A DNA stretch of 64,000 nucleotides from an uncultured Planctomycetota bacterium. Lineage in GTDB: Bacteria > Planctomycetota > Planctomycetia > Isosphaerales > Isosphaeraceae. Positions within the stretch are counted from its first letter, which is position 1; every line of letters starts with the position of its first letter. The stretch covers positions 32,001 to 96,000 of the forward strand of contig CAWJTV010000024.1 in the NCBI GenBank assembly GCA_963845755.1. Direction: 5' to 3'. The translations under genes and the position numbers were made by a program. The notes under the pieces were generated by a model that was given only the letters and a program-made list of their open reading frames with translations, was not told the origin of the DNA and made no database searches. This document shows positions 62,657-64,000 of the stretch, piece by piece.

Positions 62657-63376
62657 ATGACGCGCCTAGCCGACCTCAAGGTCAAGATCTTCGCCGACGG
62701 CGCCGACCGCGCCGGAATGCTCGACCTGTACCGCAACCCGATCATCAAGGGTTTCACGACCAACCCGACCCTGATGCGCAACGCCGGCATCGGCGACTAC
62801 GAGGCGTTCGCACGCGACATCCTCCGAGCGATCCCCGACCGGCCGATCTCGCTGGAGGTCTTCTCCGACGAGTTCGCCGAGATGGAAACGCAGGCCCGAC
62901 GGATCGCGTCCTGGGGCGACAACGTCTACGTCAAGATCCCCGTGACCAACACCCAGGGCGAGTCGTCGGTCCCGTTGATCCGCCGGCTGGCCCGGGAGGG
63001 GGTGAAGCAGAACGTGACGGCGCTGATGACCGTGGCGCAGGTCCGCGACGTGGCCGCGGCGCTGGGCTCGGGACCGGCGGCCTGCATCTCGGTGTTCGCG
63101 GGGCGCATCGCCGACACCGGACGCGACCCCGTGCCGCTCATGGCCGCCGCCGTGCACCTGATGGCCATGTATCCCCAGCTCGAGCTGATCTGGGCCAGTC
63201 CGCGCGAACTGCTTAACATCTTCCACGCCGATTCGGTCGGCTGTCATATCATCACGGTCACCCACGACACGCTCAAGAAGCTGTCGCTCGTCGGCAAGGA
63301 CCTCGATGAATACTCGCTGGATACCGTGAAGATGTTCCGCAATGATGCGGTCAAGGCCGGCTTCCAGCTCGGTTGA
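62657..63376 (+). CDS. tal: Transaldolase (short type)
   Basis: IFADGA, GFTTNPTLM, ISLEV, VYVKIP (Schiff-base Lys), NVTA, SVFAGR, IWASPRE. Confidence 0.9.
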   Translation: MTRLADLKVKIFADGADRAGMLDLYRNPIIKGFTTNPTLMRNAGIGDYEAFARDILRAIPDRPISLEVFSDEFAEMETQARRIASWGDNVYVKIPVTNTQGESSVPLIRRLAREGVKQNVTALMTVAQVRDVAAALGSGPAACISVFAGRIADTGRDPVPLMAAAVHLMAMYPQLELIWASPRELLNIFHADSVGCHIITVTHDTLKKLSLVGKDLDEYSLDTVKMFRNDAVKAGFQLG

Positions 63377-63599
63377 GCGTCCCGAGTCCGCAAGGCCGTC
63401 TCGCCCACCCGCTCGAGGAGCTCCGTTACAAGGTCGACAATCGCTTGCAGTCCTACTACAACCAGGCCCGGAAACGCGCCGGCGGAGTCCGGCCTCCCAA
63501 GTACCCGATTTACAGCTAAGCCCCGCACGACCATCCTTGCCGTGGACCGTGCTCGAGCTCCTCGCCGAAAGGAGACCCGACCCATTAGCAGGTTGATGT

Positions 63600-64000
63600 C
63601 TGAGTCGTCTGCATTCCGAGCTCCGATACCGCCTGCGGAACCCGATCGAGTACCGGCTCGACCTCATGAAGGCCGGCCTCCGGCGGGTTCTGAAGCCGGG
63701 AGTTGAGACCATCCGCTTCCTGATCGTCAGCGACGGGGGTGCGACCGCGAGCGAGGCGCAATTCAACCCGTTGCGGCACCATGCGACCGCACTGCGGGAC
63801 CGGCTGGGAGTCGTGTTCCAACACATGCGCCTCCCGGAGGGCCTGCGACTCGGCCGGGCCGACCTCGCCTCCTTCCACGCCATCGGGCTAAAGCTGTCGT
63901 TCCGGACGCCCGATGCGGAAGCGATCCGGATCGCCTCGCACTTCCGCGGTCGGATTTCCGAGGCCGGCACGAAACTCGTGTACTTCGACGGCGACGACGA
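63600..64000 (+). CDS. Hypothetical protein, 3'-partial (probably glycan-related)
   Basis: Open frame LSRLHSELRYRL...SEAQFNPL...KLVYFDGDD to the window end; start is ATG 63666, or 63596 with an indel. Confidence 0.55.
   Translation, partial: MSRLHSELRYRLRNPIEYRLDLMKAGLRRVLKPGVETIRFLIVSDGGATASEAQFNPLRHHATALRDRLGVVFQHMRLPEGLRLGRADLASFHAIGLKLSFRTPDAEAIRIASHFRGRISEAGTKLVYFDGDD

Overview
High-GC bacterial DNA, very probably a planctomycete (Isosphaeraceae-like). This is inferred from a Planctomycete-type 'RPxLxxFExRxxLS' export signal, sedolisin/PKD surface proteins, a sulfatase and an exosortase/EpsI pair. The left 39 kb is a mosaic of accessory genes: a giant PKD/beta-helix surface protein, GT4, a DUF5009 acyltransferase, tartrate/D-malate dehydrogenase, a heptad coiled-coil lipoprotein, a sigma54-driven LEA/CsbD-like peptide, an S53 peptidase, TreS-maltokinase, MgtE, anmK plus an SSS transporter with an embedded PIN toxin-antitoxin pair, a second decayed PIN TA pair, an arylsulfatase, a beta-helix/diheme-cytochrome lipoprotein pair, gpmA and an sxtIJK-like carbamoyltransferase trio. 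The right 25 kb is an exosortase/EpsI/Wzc-linked glycan locus with two parallel heptose-activation gene sets and its own transaldolase. The best hidden feature is a 2,961-bp transposase-less Tn3-type cassette (11391-14351). It has 38-bp inverted repeats and a perfect 5-bp target duplication (GGATA), and it carries a complete self-regulated module: esterase, single-Cys Rrf2 repressor, double-SnoaL protein and two TGTAA-N9-TT(A/G)CA operators. About 11 single-base frameshifts in otherwise intact genes suggest long-read assembly errors rather than true pseudogenes. No rRNA, tRNA or CRISPR array was seen. All calls come from reading the sequence; no database searches were run.
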